DNA from: Gammaproteobacteria bacterium
Lineage (GTDB): Bacteria > Pseudomonadota > Gammaproteobacteria > Burkholderiales > Gallionellaceae
DNA: 64,000 nucleotides
NCBI GenBank assembly: GCA_018820925.1
Contig: JAHJNJ010000017.1
Location: 8,064 to 72,063, forward strand
Direction of reading: 5' to 3'
In this document: positions 29,491 to 39,069 of the stretch, one piece after another
Layout: each line of letters starts with the position of its first letter
How positions within the stretch are numbered: position 1 is the stretch's first letter
Made by a program: the position numbers and the translations under genes
Notes under the pieces: model-generated
The model's database searches: none
The model's input: the letters and a program-made list of their open reading frames with translations, nothing else
Told to the model about the DNA's origin: nothing

Positions 29491-30099
29491 ATGAAACTGA
29501 TCGGATCAACCACCAGCCCCTACGTACGCAAAGCGCGTCTGGTATTGCTGGAAAAAAACATCCCGCACACGTTTGTGATCGACTCGCCGCATGAGCCGAA
29601 CAACACGGTGGCGCAATTCAATCCGCTGGGCCGTATCCCCGCGTTGATCCTCGACGACGGCACCTGCGTGTTCGATTCGGCCGTGATCGCCGAATACGCC
29701 GACACGCTGAACGACACGCCCATCCTGATCCCGCGCAACGATGCACTGGCCAGGATGCGCGTCCGGCGCGGCGAAGCGCTGGCGGACGGCATCATGGACT
29801 CCGCCGTTGTGGTGCGCATGGAGCTCATCCGCCCCGCCGAAAAGCAGGAGCAGGGCAATATCGACCTGCACTACAGGGCTATTACCCGCACGCTGGAACA
29901 TATTGCCGCTCAACTGGGTCAGAGCGAATGGTGCGTAGGCAACAGCATCTCGCTGGCCGACCTGGCGCTGGTGGCGGCGCTGGTTTATCTCGATCTGCGC
30001 CAACCGGAACGCGACTGGCGCGGCGCGCACCCGAACCTGGCGGCATGGTTCAAGCGGCTCGGCACTCGTCCCAGTGTGAAAGCCGCTTTGGCGGAATAA
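29491..30099 (+). CDS. Glutathione S-transferase family protein
   Basis: TSPYVRKAR, NPLGRIPAL, DSAVIAEY, SLADLA. Confidence 0.9.
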   Translation: MKLIGSTTSPYVRKARLVLLEKNIPHTFVIDSPHEPNNTVAQFNPLGRIPALILDDGTCVFDSAVIAEYADTLNDTPILIPRNDALARMRVRRGEALADGIMDSAVVVRMELIRPAEKQEQGNIDLHYRAITRTLEHIAAQLGQSEWCVGNSISLADLALVAALVYLDLRQPERDWRGAHPNLAAWFKRLGTRPSVKAALAE

Positions 30100-30100
30100 G

Positions 30101-30180
30101 GTAGGGTGGGCACGTTTTCTGTGCCCACGCTGTAGGCAAATGTTGTTTCCGCGTGGGCACAGAAAACGTGCCCACCCTAC
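30101..30180. repeat. Perfect 29-bp inverted REP doublet (GTAGGGTGGGCAC family)
   Basis: 30101-30129 is the exact reverse complement of 30152-30180. Confidence 0.85.
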
Positions 30181-30201
30181 ATGAGCAATTCAGGATATAC
30201 G

Positions 30202-30594
30202 ATGAGCAATACCGAAAAATCCGATGATGAATGGCGCGAAGAACTGACGCCGGAACAGTATGAGGTCTGCCGCGAGTGCGGCACCGAGCCCGCCTTTACC
30301 GGCGAATACTGGGATTGCCACGATATCGGCATCTACCGTTGCGTGTGTTGCGGCTCGCCCTTGTTCGATTCCGAGACCAAGTTCGAATCGGGCAGCGGCT
30401 GGCCAAGCTTCTGGCAACCGATCAATGAATACTTGGTCGAATACCGCGACGAAGATAAACTCGGCTTGGATCGCATCGAAGTCTGCTGCGCACAATGCGA
30501 CGCGCATCTCGGCCATGTATTTGAAGACGGCCCAGAACCCACCGGGCTGCGCTTCTGCATCAATTCAACTTCGCTCGCACTCGACCGGAAATAA
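30202..30594 (+). CDS. msrB: Peptide methionine sulfoxide reductase MsrB
   Basis: TEPAFTG, CxxC pairs, SGSGWPSF, HLGHVFEDGP, RFCINS. Confidence 0.95.
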   Translation: MSNTEKSDDEWREELTPEQYEVCRECGTEPAFTGEYWDCHDIGIYRCVCCGSPLFDSETKFESGSGWPSFWQPINEYLVEYRDEDKLGLDRIEVCCAQCDAHLGHVFEDGPEPTGLRFCINSTSLALDRK

Positions 30595-30595
30595 T

Positions 30596-30626
30596 GATGG
30601 GTATCGCGTTGCTCCACCCATCCTAC
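30596..30626 (-). repeat. Single GTAGGATGGG-family REP
   Basis: gatgggtatcgcgttgctccacccatcctac, variant of the 12128-12158 copy. Confidence 0.75.
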
Positions 30627-30646
30627 ACTTTGGATAGAAAGTAATC

Positions 30647-31192
30647 ATGAAACTGCTGTTCGACCTGTTCCCCGTTATCCTGTTTTTTGTCACGTTCAAA
30701 TTCGCGGGCGTCTTCACCGCCACCGCGGTGGCCATTGGCGCCACCTTTGTGCAGGTCGGCTGGGTGAAATACCGCCACGGCAAAGTTGACACCATGCTGT
30801 GGGTGAGTCTGGGCATCATCAGCGTGTTTGGCGGCGCAACGCTGCTGCTGCATGACGAAACCTTCATCAAGTGGAAGCCGACCGTGCTGTACTGGTTCTT
30901 CTCGGCAGCGCTGTTGCTCGCACCTGTCCTGTTCAAAAAGAACCTGATGCGCGCGCTGTTGCAGGAAAAGATCGCGTTACCCGATCCGGCGTGGAGCCAG
31001 CTCAACCTCGCGTGGAGCGCGTTTTTCGCGGTGCTTGGTGTGGTCAACGTGTATGTTGCATACAACTTCAGCACCGACGCATGGGTCAACTTCAAACTGT
31101 TCGGCGCCACCGGCATGATGTTTGTCTTCGTATTGCTGCAAAGTCTGTGGCTGTCGAAATATGTAGAAGAAGACAAGAAGGAAAACCAATGA
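30647..31192 (+). CDS. ispZ: Inner membrane-spanning protein YciB/IspZ
   Basis: [29 protein letters not shown]. Confidence 0.93.
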   Translation: MKLLFDLFPVILFFVTFKFAGVFTATAVAIGATFVQVGWVKYRHGKVDTMLWVSLGIISVFGGATLLLHDETFIKWKPTVLYWFFSAALLLAPVLFKKNLMRALLQEKIALPDPAWSQLNLAWSAFFAVLGVVNVYVAYNFSTDAWVNFKLFGATGMMFVFVLLQSLWLSKYVEEDKKENQ

Positions 31193-31500
31193 TGCTCTAC
31201 GCCATTTTTGGACAAGATGTCCCGGATAGCCTGCAAAAACGCCAGGCCGCGCGCCCCGCGCACCTGGCGCGCTTGCAGGCCTTGCAGGACGAAGGACGTT
31301 TGTTGCTGGCCGGCCCCTTCCCGGCCGTGGACGCCATCGATCCCGGCTTGGCCGGTTTTACCGGCAGCCTCATCGTGGCCGAGTTTGCCTCGCTGGAAGC
31401 AGCACAAAAATGGGCGGATGCAGACCCCTACGTCGGCGCCGGCGTATATGCCCAAGTCGCCGTAAGACCTTTCAAGAAGGTCTTTCCGGCCCATGCATAA
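31189..31500 (+). CDS. yciI: YciI family protein
   Basis: [27 protein letters not shown]; ATGA overlap with ispZ. Confidence 0.9.
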   Translation: MMLYAIFGQDVPDSLQKRQAARPAHLARLQALQDEGRLLLAGPFPAVDAIDPGLAGFTGSLIVAEFASLEAAQKWADADPYVGAGVYAQVAVRPFKKVFPAHA

Positions 31501-31566
31501 GGCGTGCTATATTGCGCGTCTGATTTTTCCGAACCACCCCAACATCAACTCTCAAAGGAAAGAAAC

Positions 31567-32352
31567 ATGCTGAAATTTTCCAAGTTCGCGCTTCTGTCGG
31601 CTTTGCTGGCCTTTGCAGCAGCCGTACAAGCTGCCGATGACAAACCCGAAGCACTGGTTAACGGCGTATCCATCCCCAAATCCCGCGTTGATTTGCGCGT
31701 CAAAATCGCCGCGCAACAGAACCAGCCGGACAGCCCGGAATTGCGCAAAGCGATTGTCGATGAACTTGTCGGTCTGGAGTTTCTCTCGCAAGCCGCCGTC
31801 AAGGAAGGTCTCGACAAACAGCCGGAGACAGTTCAGCGCCTGGAAATTACACGACAAAACGTGCTGGCCGATGCGCTCGTACAAAATTACGTCAAGACCC
31901 ATCCCGTCACCGACGACCAGTTGAAGCAGGAATACGAGGTCTTCAAGAACCGCATCGGGAAAACAGAATACAAGCTGTCGCACATTCTGGTGGACACGGA
32001 AGATGAAGCCAAAAAAATTGCGGCCAGCCTGAAAAAAGGCGGCAATTTTGCCAAGCTCGCCAAGAGCAAGAGCAAGGATCCGAGCGCCAAGGAAAACAGC
32101 GGCGAATTGGGCTGGACCATTCCGGCCAAGTTTGTGCAGCCTTTCGCCGAAGCCATCACCAAGCTGAAGAAAGGCCAGATCAGCGCCCCGGTGCAAACCC
32201 AGTTCGGCTGGCACATCATTAAGCTGGAAGACACGCGCGACCTGAAAGTGCCGTCTCTGGAAGACATGAAACCAAACATTGAAAACAGCCTGCATCAACA
32301 GGCGGTCAAGAAATATATCGACGAGCTGCGCAGCAAGGCCAAGATCGAATAA
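31567..32352 (+). CDS. PpiC/parvulin-type peptidyl-prolyl isomerase
   Basis: Signal peptide; SHILV, SKDPS, GELGW, PVQTQFGWHII. Confidence 0.92.
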   Translation: MLKFSKFALLSALLAFAAAVQAADDKPEALVNGVSIPKSRVDLRVKIAAQQNQPDSPELRKAIVDELVGLEFLSQAAVKEGLDKQPETVQRLEITRQNVLADALVQNYVKTHPVTDDQLKQEYEVFKNRIGKTEYKLSHILVDTEDEAKKIAASLKKGGNFAKLAKSKSKDPSAKENSGELGWTIPAKFVQPFAEAITKLKKGQISAPVQTQFGWHIIKLEDTRDLKVPSLEDMKPNIENSLHQQAVKKYIDELRSKAKIE

Positions 32353-32370
32353 TCCTGCTACTCAGCTTCC

Positions 32371-32402
32371 AAAAAAGGACATCCCGGTGATGTCCTTTTT
32401 TT
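32371..32402 (+). terminator. Rho-independent terminator (bidirectional type)
   Basis: AAAAAAGGACATC-ccggt-GATGTCCTTTTTT. Confidence 0.85.
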
Positions 32403-32491
32403 ATGGGCGAACCGCCCGGAAATTTGAATATTCAAGACACCCACTCACCCCCCAGTTACAATGCCGGCAAGCCCATGAGCATCATGTAGAT

Positions 32492-35400
32492 ATGCATAAA
32501 CTCACCCTGCAATCCGTCCTTTCGCCCTCGGTGTTCACCGTTGCGCCGGATGCGCCCTTGCCCGATGTGCTGGCCAGCATGGAATCGATGCGCATCAGCT
32601 GTGTGGTCGCGGTAGACAAGTCTAATCGCCCGCTGGGCATTTTCACCGAACAGGATGCCATTCGCCTGATGGCAGAACGCAGAGTGGTGGCGAAACTGCA
32701 TATGTCCGAGGTGATGAGCGCCTCTCCACTTACAGCACCGTCCAGTCTGGATTTCCGCGATGCATACCGGCTGATTTCGGAAAAAGGCTTCCGGCATCTC
32801 GTTGTGGTGGACGATAGAGGCGGTGTCGCCGGCGTGGTCAGCGAAGCGGATTTCATGCAGCACATGGGCATGGAGTATCTGGTCGGCATCAAGAACGTCG
32901 GCAGTGCCATGACGCGCGATCTCATCAGCCTGAAAGAGGACGCCACACTGGCCGATGCGGTCGATTTGATGACCAGAAAGAAGATCAGCTGCGTCATCGT
33001 CACCCGGGAAAACACTCCAGTCGGCATTCTGACCGAACGCGATGCCGCAGGACTCGCGCGCACCATCAGCGACCCAACAAGAATCGGCATCGCAAGCGTG
33101 ATGAAATCGCCGGTGCAAACCGTCGAGGCCGCTTTGTCGATACCGGACGCCATGCTGCGGATGGAATCAACCGGTATCCGCCGCCTGGTCGTGGTTGAGG
33201 AAGGGATATTGGCCGGGATTGTCACCCGCCACGACTTCGTCAAGACCATGCAGGGGCGTTATATCGAATTCCTGTACGAGACGCTGGATTTTCAACGCAA
33301 GGATTTGTTCCTTGCGCAAAAACAAGTCGAACAAACGCGCCAGCAACTGCTGTACCACAGCCTGATGGAACAGATCAACGATGCGATCTTCGTCATCAAG
33401 GCGGAAAACGGCGGCGTTGTCGATTGCAACGAGCAGGCCTGCCGCGATCTGGATTACACGCGCGACGAGTTGTTGCGCATGACCCTCTTCGACTTCACCA
33501 CCCGTCTCAAGCCCGGCCCGCTCTGGCAAGCCGAACTGGAGGTCATCTCCCGCGAAGAACACCGGATAACCGGGACACACCACAGGCGCCGCGATGGAAC
33601 CATTTTCCCGGTTGAAATCAACGCGCACCTCATCCGGAAAGATAACGAACGCTTCATCGTCGCCGTCGCGCGCAACCTGACCGAACGCAAACGCGCCGAG
33701 ACGCAGCTGCACCTGCAGGATACGGCACTCAACTCCTCGGCCAACGCCGTGGTCATCACCGACAGGGATGCCGTCATCCAGTGGGCGAATCCGGCGTTTT
33801 CGGAAATGACCGGTTTCACACTGGAAGAAACCATCGGCAAGCGTCCGAAAGATCTGGTGACTTCAGGCATCCAGCCCCCGGGCTTCTATGATGCACTCTG
33901 GAGCACCATCCTGAGCGGCCAGGTATGGCGCGGCGAGCTGGTCAACAAGCGCAAGGATGGCTCGCTGTATACCGAAGAAATGACCATCACGCCGGTGCAT
34001 ACGGAAAACGAAACCATTACGCATTTCATCGCCGTCAAACAGAACATCAGCGAACGCAAAAAAATTGAAGCGCAATTGCGCGAAGCCGCTGCCGTCATGC
34101 AGAACACGCATGAAGGCGTGGTCATTACCGACACGACGCCGCACATTCTCGCTGTCAACGATGCCTACACAACCATCACGGGCTATTCCCGCGATGAAGC
34201 AATCGGCAAAGACCCGGGCATTCTCAACTCCGGACGGCAGGACAGTTCGTTCTACGAATTCATGTGGAAGACGCTGCTTCATGACGGTTTTTGGCAGGGA
34301 GAACTGTGGAACCGGCGCAAGAACGGCGAAATCTACCCGCAATGGATGAGCATCAGCGCCGTCCTCAACGACCAGCAGCAACCCGTGCGTTACATCGGCG
34401 TGTTCTCGGATATTTCGAAACTGAAGGAAAGCCAGTCGCAACTGGAATTCCTCGCCCACCACGACCCGCTGACCCGGCTCTTCAACCGCTCCGCGGTTGA
34501 GTCGCGCATGGAACATGAACTGGAGCAGGCGAAACGGCATGACCGTGCGTTAAGCGTGCTGTTCATCGACCTGGATCGTTTCAAGCAGGTGAACGACAGT
34601 TTCGGCCACCTGATCGGCGACGAACTCCTGTGCAGCGTGGCCGAACGCCTGCGGGCACGCCTGCGCGATGGCGATGTGTTGGGCCGCCTGGGCGGCGATG
34701 AATTTGTCCTGCTGGCGTCGCCGTTGCAGGAAAAACAGGATGCCGCCGTCATTGCGCGCGACATCCTCGTTGCCTTGAGCGAACCGTACAATCTTTCCAC
34801 CGGACACGAAGTGTTCATCGGCGGCAGTATCGGCATCAGCCTGTTCCCGGACAACGGTTCGACGGTGGCCGAGTTGACCAAGAATGCGGATGCCGCGATG
34901 TATCTGGCCAAGGAAAACGGCCGCAACCAGTTTTCTTTCTACACGCCGGAATTGAACGCCGATGCGCGCAAGAAACTGGAACTGGAAAACGACCTGCGCC
35001 GCGCCGTCATGCACAACGAATTGCGCTTGCACTACCAGCCCAAAGTGAATATCGACAACGGGCAAATCAGCGGCGCCGAAGCACTCGTGCGCTGGAAACG
35101 ATCCGACGGTAGTTGGGTATCGCCCGGCGAATTCATCCCGGTTGCGGAAAAATCCGGTGTCATCCTGACCATTGGCAACTGGGTGATCGATCAGGCCTGT
35201 GCGCAGATACGCGCCTGGATGGAAGACGGACTGCCGGAAATTTGCGTCGCCGTGAACGTCTCGGCACGCCAGTTCCGCAGCGGCCATCTGGACAAACTGG
35301 TCAGGAATGCGCTGGAAAAACACGGAGTCCTGCCGCATCAACTGGAACTGGAACTGACCGAGAGCATGCTGATGAACGAGCCGGAGCACGCCATCGACAC

Positions 35401-35752
35401 CATGAACAAGTTGAAGAGGATCGGTGTGAAGATATCGCTCGACGATTTCGGGACGGGCTATTCCAATTTCGGCTACCTGAGACGTTTCCCGATCGACAGC
35501 CTGAAGATCGACCAGTCTTTTGTGCGCGGCGTGGCCATCAAAGCGGACGATGCGATGATCGTCGATTCGATCATCGGCCTGGCACAGCGCATGAAACTGC
35601 ATGTCATCGCCGAAGGCGTCGAGACCGCCGACCAGCTCCATTATCTGCGCACCAACCACTGCGACGAAATACAGGGGTATTATTTCAGCAAGGCGCTACC
35701 AGCCGAAGCATTCGCCGAATTGCTGCGCAGCGGGAAAAGATTGCTGGATTGA
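32492..35752 (+). CDS. CBS-CBS-PAS(3)-GGDEF-EAL c-di-GMP enzyme
   Basis: Two CBS pairs (RHLVVVD, RRLVVVE), PAS repeats, HDPLT, RDGD-x5-GGDEF, AEALVRW, DDFGTGYS; start approximate. Confidence 0.9.
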   Translation: MHKLTLQSVLSPSVFTVAPDAPLPDVLASMESMRISCVVAVDKSNRPLGIFTEQDAIRLMAERRVVAKLHMSEVMSASPLTAPSSLDFRDAYRLISEKGFRHLVVVDDRGGVAGVVSEADFMQHMGMEYLVGIKNVGSAMTRDLISLKEDATLADAVDLMTRKKISCVIVTRENTPVGILTERDAAGLARTISDPTRIGIASVMKSPVQTVEAALSIPDAMLRMESTGIRRLVVVEEGILAGIVTRHDFVKTMQGRYIEFLYETLDFQRKDLFLAQKQVEQTRQQLLYHSLMEQINDAIFVIKAENGGVVDCNEQACRDLDYTRDELLRMTLFDFTTRLKPGPLWQAELEVISREEHRITGTHHRRRDGTIFPVEINAHLIRKDNERFIVAVARNLTERKRAETQLHLQDTALNSSANAVVITDRDAVIQWANPAFSEMTGFTLEETIGKRPKDLVTSGIQPPGFYDALWSTILSGQVWRGELVNKRKDGSLYTEEMTITPVHTENETITHFIAVKQNISERKKIEAQLREAAAVMQNTHEGVVITDTTPHILAVNDAYTTITGYSRDEAIGKDPGILNSGRQDSSFYEFMWKTLLHDGFWQGELWNRRKNGEIYPQWMSISAVLNDQQQPVRYIGVFSDISKLKESQSQLEFLAHHDPLTRLFNRSAVESRMEHELEQAKRHDRALSVLFIDLDRFKQVNDSFGHLIGDELLCSVAERLRARLRDGDVLGRLGGDEFVLLASPLQEKQDAAVIARDILVALSEPYNLSTGHEVFIGGSIGISLFPDNGSTVAELTKNADAAMYLAKENGRNQFSFYTPELNADARKKLELENDLRRAVMHNELRLHYQPKVNIDNGQISGAEALVRWKRSDGSWVSPGEFIPVAEKSGVILTIGNWVIDQACAQIRAWMEDGLPEICVAVNVSARQFRSGHLDKLVRNALEKHGVLPHQLELELTESMLMNEPEHAIDTMNKLKRIGVKISLDDFGTGYSNFGYLRRFPIDSLKIDQSFVRGVAIKADDAMIVDSIIGLAQRMKLHVIAEGVETADQLHYLRTNHCDEIQGYYFSKALPAEAFAELLRSGKRLLD

Positions 35753-35789
35753 TCGTGAAAGACGCAGTTGGATGAATGCTCTGATAATT

Positions 35790-37481
35790 TGTAGTAGTTC
35801 CAACTTCATCTGACAGATACTGTCCGAAGTTCGGCCTAAGCGGACTATCGCGAGATCTCTTTGTTGCTTCTGCTCTAGGACTAATAACGGACGGTTGAAA
35901 TTTCTCTAAGTAGCCGACCTTTATGCATGTATAAGCCAGAGATATACCTTTTGGCATATTGCCTTGCTGTTAACTGCAGCCTAAGCTTCGGCATCCTTAC
36001 TTACTATGCATCCCTCGTTGTTTCCAGCAGCACAGACTCGCAGGTCCGTCTATTAATGGTCAGTTCATCATGGAAGAAGAAAAATGAAATCCTCAACCCT
36101 AAATACGTTGTTGGTTGCTAAGTCTATCTACACCGAAACAAAAAGCTTGGTTAATTCGGGCGACAAACATTTCTGTACTGCAGGAATTATCCTGCTCCAG
36201 GATTTTGTTGAGCTAGTTGTCTTGGCAGCATTGGATGAGCTAGATGTTGATGAACAAAGAAGTCTGGAGTCCAAATGTTTTGACGAACTGCTAGGGGAAT
36301 TAAAAATTCAGGGAATTCCAATAATTAAGTCAGGAACCATCAAGGCATTGAATAAGCAGAGAGTGATTTCAAAACACTATGGTCAACTGACTGAGTCTGC
36401 ATCTGCGGTTAATTATTTCAATGTGGCAGAAATATTTGTTGATGACCTTTTGAAAAAAGTCACCGGAAAAACGCTTCAAGAAATCTTTATGACAGACCTC
36501 CTAAAGGAGGGGGCGGTTAAAGAAGCTGTGAAATTTGCAATTACTTTGTCTGACCAAGAAAACTTCATCGATGCATTAGTTGAACTACGAAAAGCTTTTT
36601 TTCTAGGGTACGAGAAAGACTTTTCAATCTACGCATGGAAAGATCAAGATAAAGTTCACTCTCCCGCTGTTGGGCTATTAAGTTTTTTTCGTGGTGGCAC
36701 CAAGGCCCACAACTGGAAGAAGAACAAACAGTGGATCGATGAAAATGTCACAGAACCTACAGATTACGTTCAGATAGATTACGATCAATTAAAAATTGAC
36801 TGCATGGAATGGGGACTTAGTACCGTTCATGTTGATAACTTCAGGAGGCTGACACCTAAGGTAATCGAGACAGCGAAAGACCAATGGCATACAAGTTACG
36901 AATCAGGCCTTGTCGCCAATGAAGCGAACATTGAAAATTTCCGTTATTGCTTGGATTTGCTATTGGATTTTCTACTAAAAAAGCAGGAGTTTGATTCCAG
37001 AATGAAATGGCCAAAGTCAGAAAAATCCATCCCCCCACCACCTATTTATATTGATAAGCCTGTTTATGAAAAACCAAATCCGGGATCAAAAGTTGTGCAT
37101 ATGGTCCAAGCTGATTATTTCTATTCAGTCGATAGGGTCGTAACAGGGTTTGATAGCAAGGAGCGATATTTATACGTCCATTTATATCAAGAAGATAATG
37201 GTGCTAGGATGAATCATGTTCGCGGCTACCTACTTGTTGAAGAAGAAAACTAACAAAGTCATGCCGTCGGACAAAAGCGTGGGTCGGGCGATGCGCCCGC
37301 TTAATTAAGCTTAAGCAGGCGCATTCAAGACGATGAAATGAACCGGAGTCGAATTGTTTTTGCCACTCATAAAATCGAGTGACTACTGTTGGCCATAGCG
37401 GAAGTTGCGCTCCGCTATTCTGAATTTCCGCAATGGCCGAATTTCGGACAGTGTCTGTCAGATCAAGTCGCGACTACTACA
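35790..37481. mobile_element. Non-autonomous transposable cassette with 47-bp TGT...ACA terminal inverted repeats and 7-bp target duplication
   Basis: Left IR 35790-35836 versus reverse complement of 37435-37481: 41/47 identical; GATAATT at 35783-35789 and 37482-37488; no transposase inside. Confidence 0.85.
36084..37253 (+). CDS. AT-rich hypothetical protein with HEPN-like N-terminal domain
   Basis: 389-aa ORF, visibly AT-rich; QDFVEL helix plus LNKQRVISKHYG (R-x4-H). Confidence 0.6.
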   Translation: MKSSTLNTLLVAKSIYTETKSLVNSGDKHFCTAGIILLQDFVELVVLAALDELDVDEQRSLESKCFDELLGELKIQGIPIIKSGTIKALNKQRVISKHYGQLTESASAVNYFNVAEIFVDDLLKKVTGKTLQEIFMTDLLKEGAVKEAVKFAITLSDQENFIDALVELRKAFFLGYEKDFSIYAWKDQDKVHSPAVGLLSFFRGGTKAHNWKKNKQWIDENVTEPTDYVQIDYDQLKIDCMEWGLSTVHVDNFRRLTPKVIETAKDQWHTSYESGLVANEANIENFRYCLDLLLDFLLKKQEFDSRMKWPKSEKSIPPPPIYIDKPVYEKPNPGSKVVHMVQADYFYSVDRVVTGFDSKERYLYVHLYQEDNGARMNHVRGYLLVEEEN

Positions 37482-37503
37482 GATAATTCATTATGCTGCC
37501 CAT

Positions 37504-37561
37504 GTAGGTGCGAATTCATTCGCACATAGCTCAATGGGCGTGCGAATGAATTCGCACCTAC
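37504..37561. repeat. Perfect inverted GTAGGTGCGAATTCATTCGCAC REP doublet
   Basis: 22-bp arms, exact inverse. Confidence 0.85.
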
Positions 37562-37620
37562 AAGCACCTCAACTGCGTTTTCCTGTTTTATTGCGGTATC
37601 AGCCCCGCCCGCGCGAAGCT

Positions 37621-39069
37621 TCACTGCGCCTTGGCAACCGCCTGCTTCTGCCAGCCTCCCCCCAGAGCCTTGAACAGATCGGCGACCGCGCTGCGTTGCG
37701 CGCGTTCCGCATCCAGCCGATTCAACTGGGCCTGCAGATAATTGCGCTCCACATCCAGCAATTCCAGGCGGCTCGCAATCCCCGCCTCGTAGCGCAATCC
37801 GGCCTGCTTGTACGCCGACTCCAGCGCATCGCTGCGCGCGCTTTCATAAGCCAGCACCTGCCTTGCCGCGTCCTGTGCCGACAAGGCATTGCGCACATCG
37901 CCGAAAGCGTTGGCTACCGCCTGCTTGTACTGGATCAGCACCTGATCGCGGCGCGCTTCGGCCGCATCCACCAGATACCCCACCCGGCCGGCATTGAAGA
38001 TCGGCTGGGTAATGTTGGCAGCAAACTGGAAGATGCGCGCGGGACCGGTGAACAGGTCGGAAAACGCCACGCTTTCACCGCCCACATAGCCGGTCAGCGC
38101 GAGCGAAGGAAAATACTGCGCCCGGGCAACGCCAATACGCGCATTCATTGCCACCAGACGCTGCTCGGCATCTCTCAGGTCGGGCCTGCGCAACAGCAGG
38201 TCGGAAGGCAAACCTTCCGGCACGGTTGCCACGGGCAAGGAGGGATTGCCGCGTTGCACGCTTGCCGTCATCACTTCACGCGGCGAACGTCCCAGCAACA
38301 GCGTCAGCGCGGTTTCCTGTTTGTTGCGCGCCTGGCTTATCGAAACGAGTTGCGATTGCACCGCCGCCACATCGGCTTCGGCCTGATGCAGGTCGTATTC
38401 GGAAATCAGGCCGACCGCCAGCTGTTTCCTGTTGAGGTCGATGCGTTCCTGACGGCTCGCCAGCAAACGATTGACGGCAGTCTCCTGCGCATCCAGCGCA
38501 ACGAGGGTGAAATACTGTTGCGCCACTTGCGCGGTCAGTGTCAGGCGCACGGTTTCCTGTGCCGACTCTGCCGACAACAAGTCCGCGCGCGCGGCTTCGC
38601 TGGCGCGCCTGAGCTTGCCCCACAGATCGAGCTCATAACTCGCATCGAGCGAGGTGTGCGACAGATTCTGGATGCGCGGCAAAGTCGCCGGGCGCGGAAC
38701 AGCTCCCGCCAGGGTACTTTTGGTGCGGCTCCCCATCATATGTGCACTGACGGTCGGATATAAATCCGCCCTGGAAATCCCCGCCTGCGCCTGCATTTCC
38801 AGCACCCGCGCCGCCGCCACCTGGATATCCGAGTTGTGTGCCAGCGCCTCTTCTTCGAGCCGGTCGAGCGTGGTGTCGGCATACAAATGCCACCATTGCT
38901 CATCCGCACTGTTCGCCTTGTGGGCGCTCTCGTCCTGCTGCACCGGCCATGCTTCCGGCAGCGCCATGTCGGGGCGCTTGTAGTCCGGCCCGGCGGCACA
39001 GGCTGCAAGCAGGCAGGCTGGTAACAGAACTGCGACCGCATTCAATTTTCTTTTCATCTTGCTACTCAT
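37621..39069 (-). CDS. RND efflux outer-membrane lipoprotein (OprM/NodT family)
   Basis: Lipobox LAAC-AAGPDY; SYELDLWGKL; PSDLLLRRPD; LFKALGGGW. Confidence 0.93.
   Translation of the reverse strand: MSSKMKRKLNAVAVLLPACLLAACAAGPDYKRPDMALPEAWPVQQDESAHKANSADEQWWHLYADTTLDRLEEEALAHNSDIQVAAARVLEMQAQAGISRADLYPTVSAHMMGSRTKSTLAGAVPRPATLPRIQNLSHTSLDASYELDLWGKLRRASEAARADLLSAESAQETVRLTLTAQVAQQYFTLVALDAQETAVNRLLASRQERIDLNRKQLAVGLISEYDLHQAEADVAAVQSQLVSISQARNKQETALTLLLGRSPREVMTASVQRGNPSLPVATVPEGLPSDLLLRRPDLRDAEQRLVAMNARIGVARAQYFPSLALTGYVGGESVAFSDLFTGPARIFQFAANITQPIFNAGRVGYLVDAAEARRDQVLIQYKQAVANAFGDVRNALSAQDAARQVLAYESARSDALESAYKQAGLRYEAGIASRLELLDVERNYLQAQLNRLDAERAQRSAVADLFKALGGGWQKQAVAKAQ

Noticed and set aside
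31500-31567. No bolA between yciI and the PpiC gene, where betaproteobacteria often have it
   Set aside because: Minor synteny variation; it may be elsewhere and no remnant is visible.
35927-36121. 64-aa hydrophobic ORF overlapping the HEPN gene start as a possible antitoxin
   Set aside because: No RBS, out-of-frame 38-bp overlap, no recognisable features.
37247-37330. attC-like start (CTAACAAAGTCATGCCGTCGGAC) overlapping the HEPN gene stop codon
   Set aside because: No matching GTTRRRY R' box or L' arm downstream and no integrase; at most a decayed half-site.
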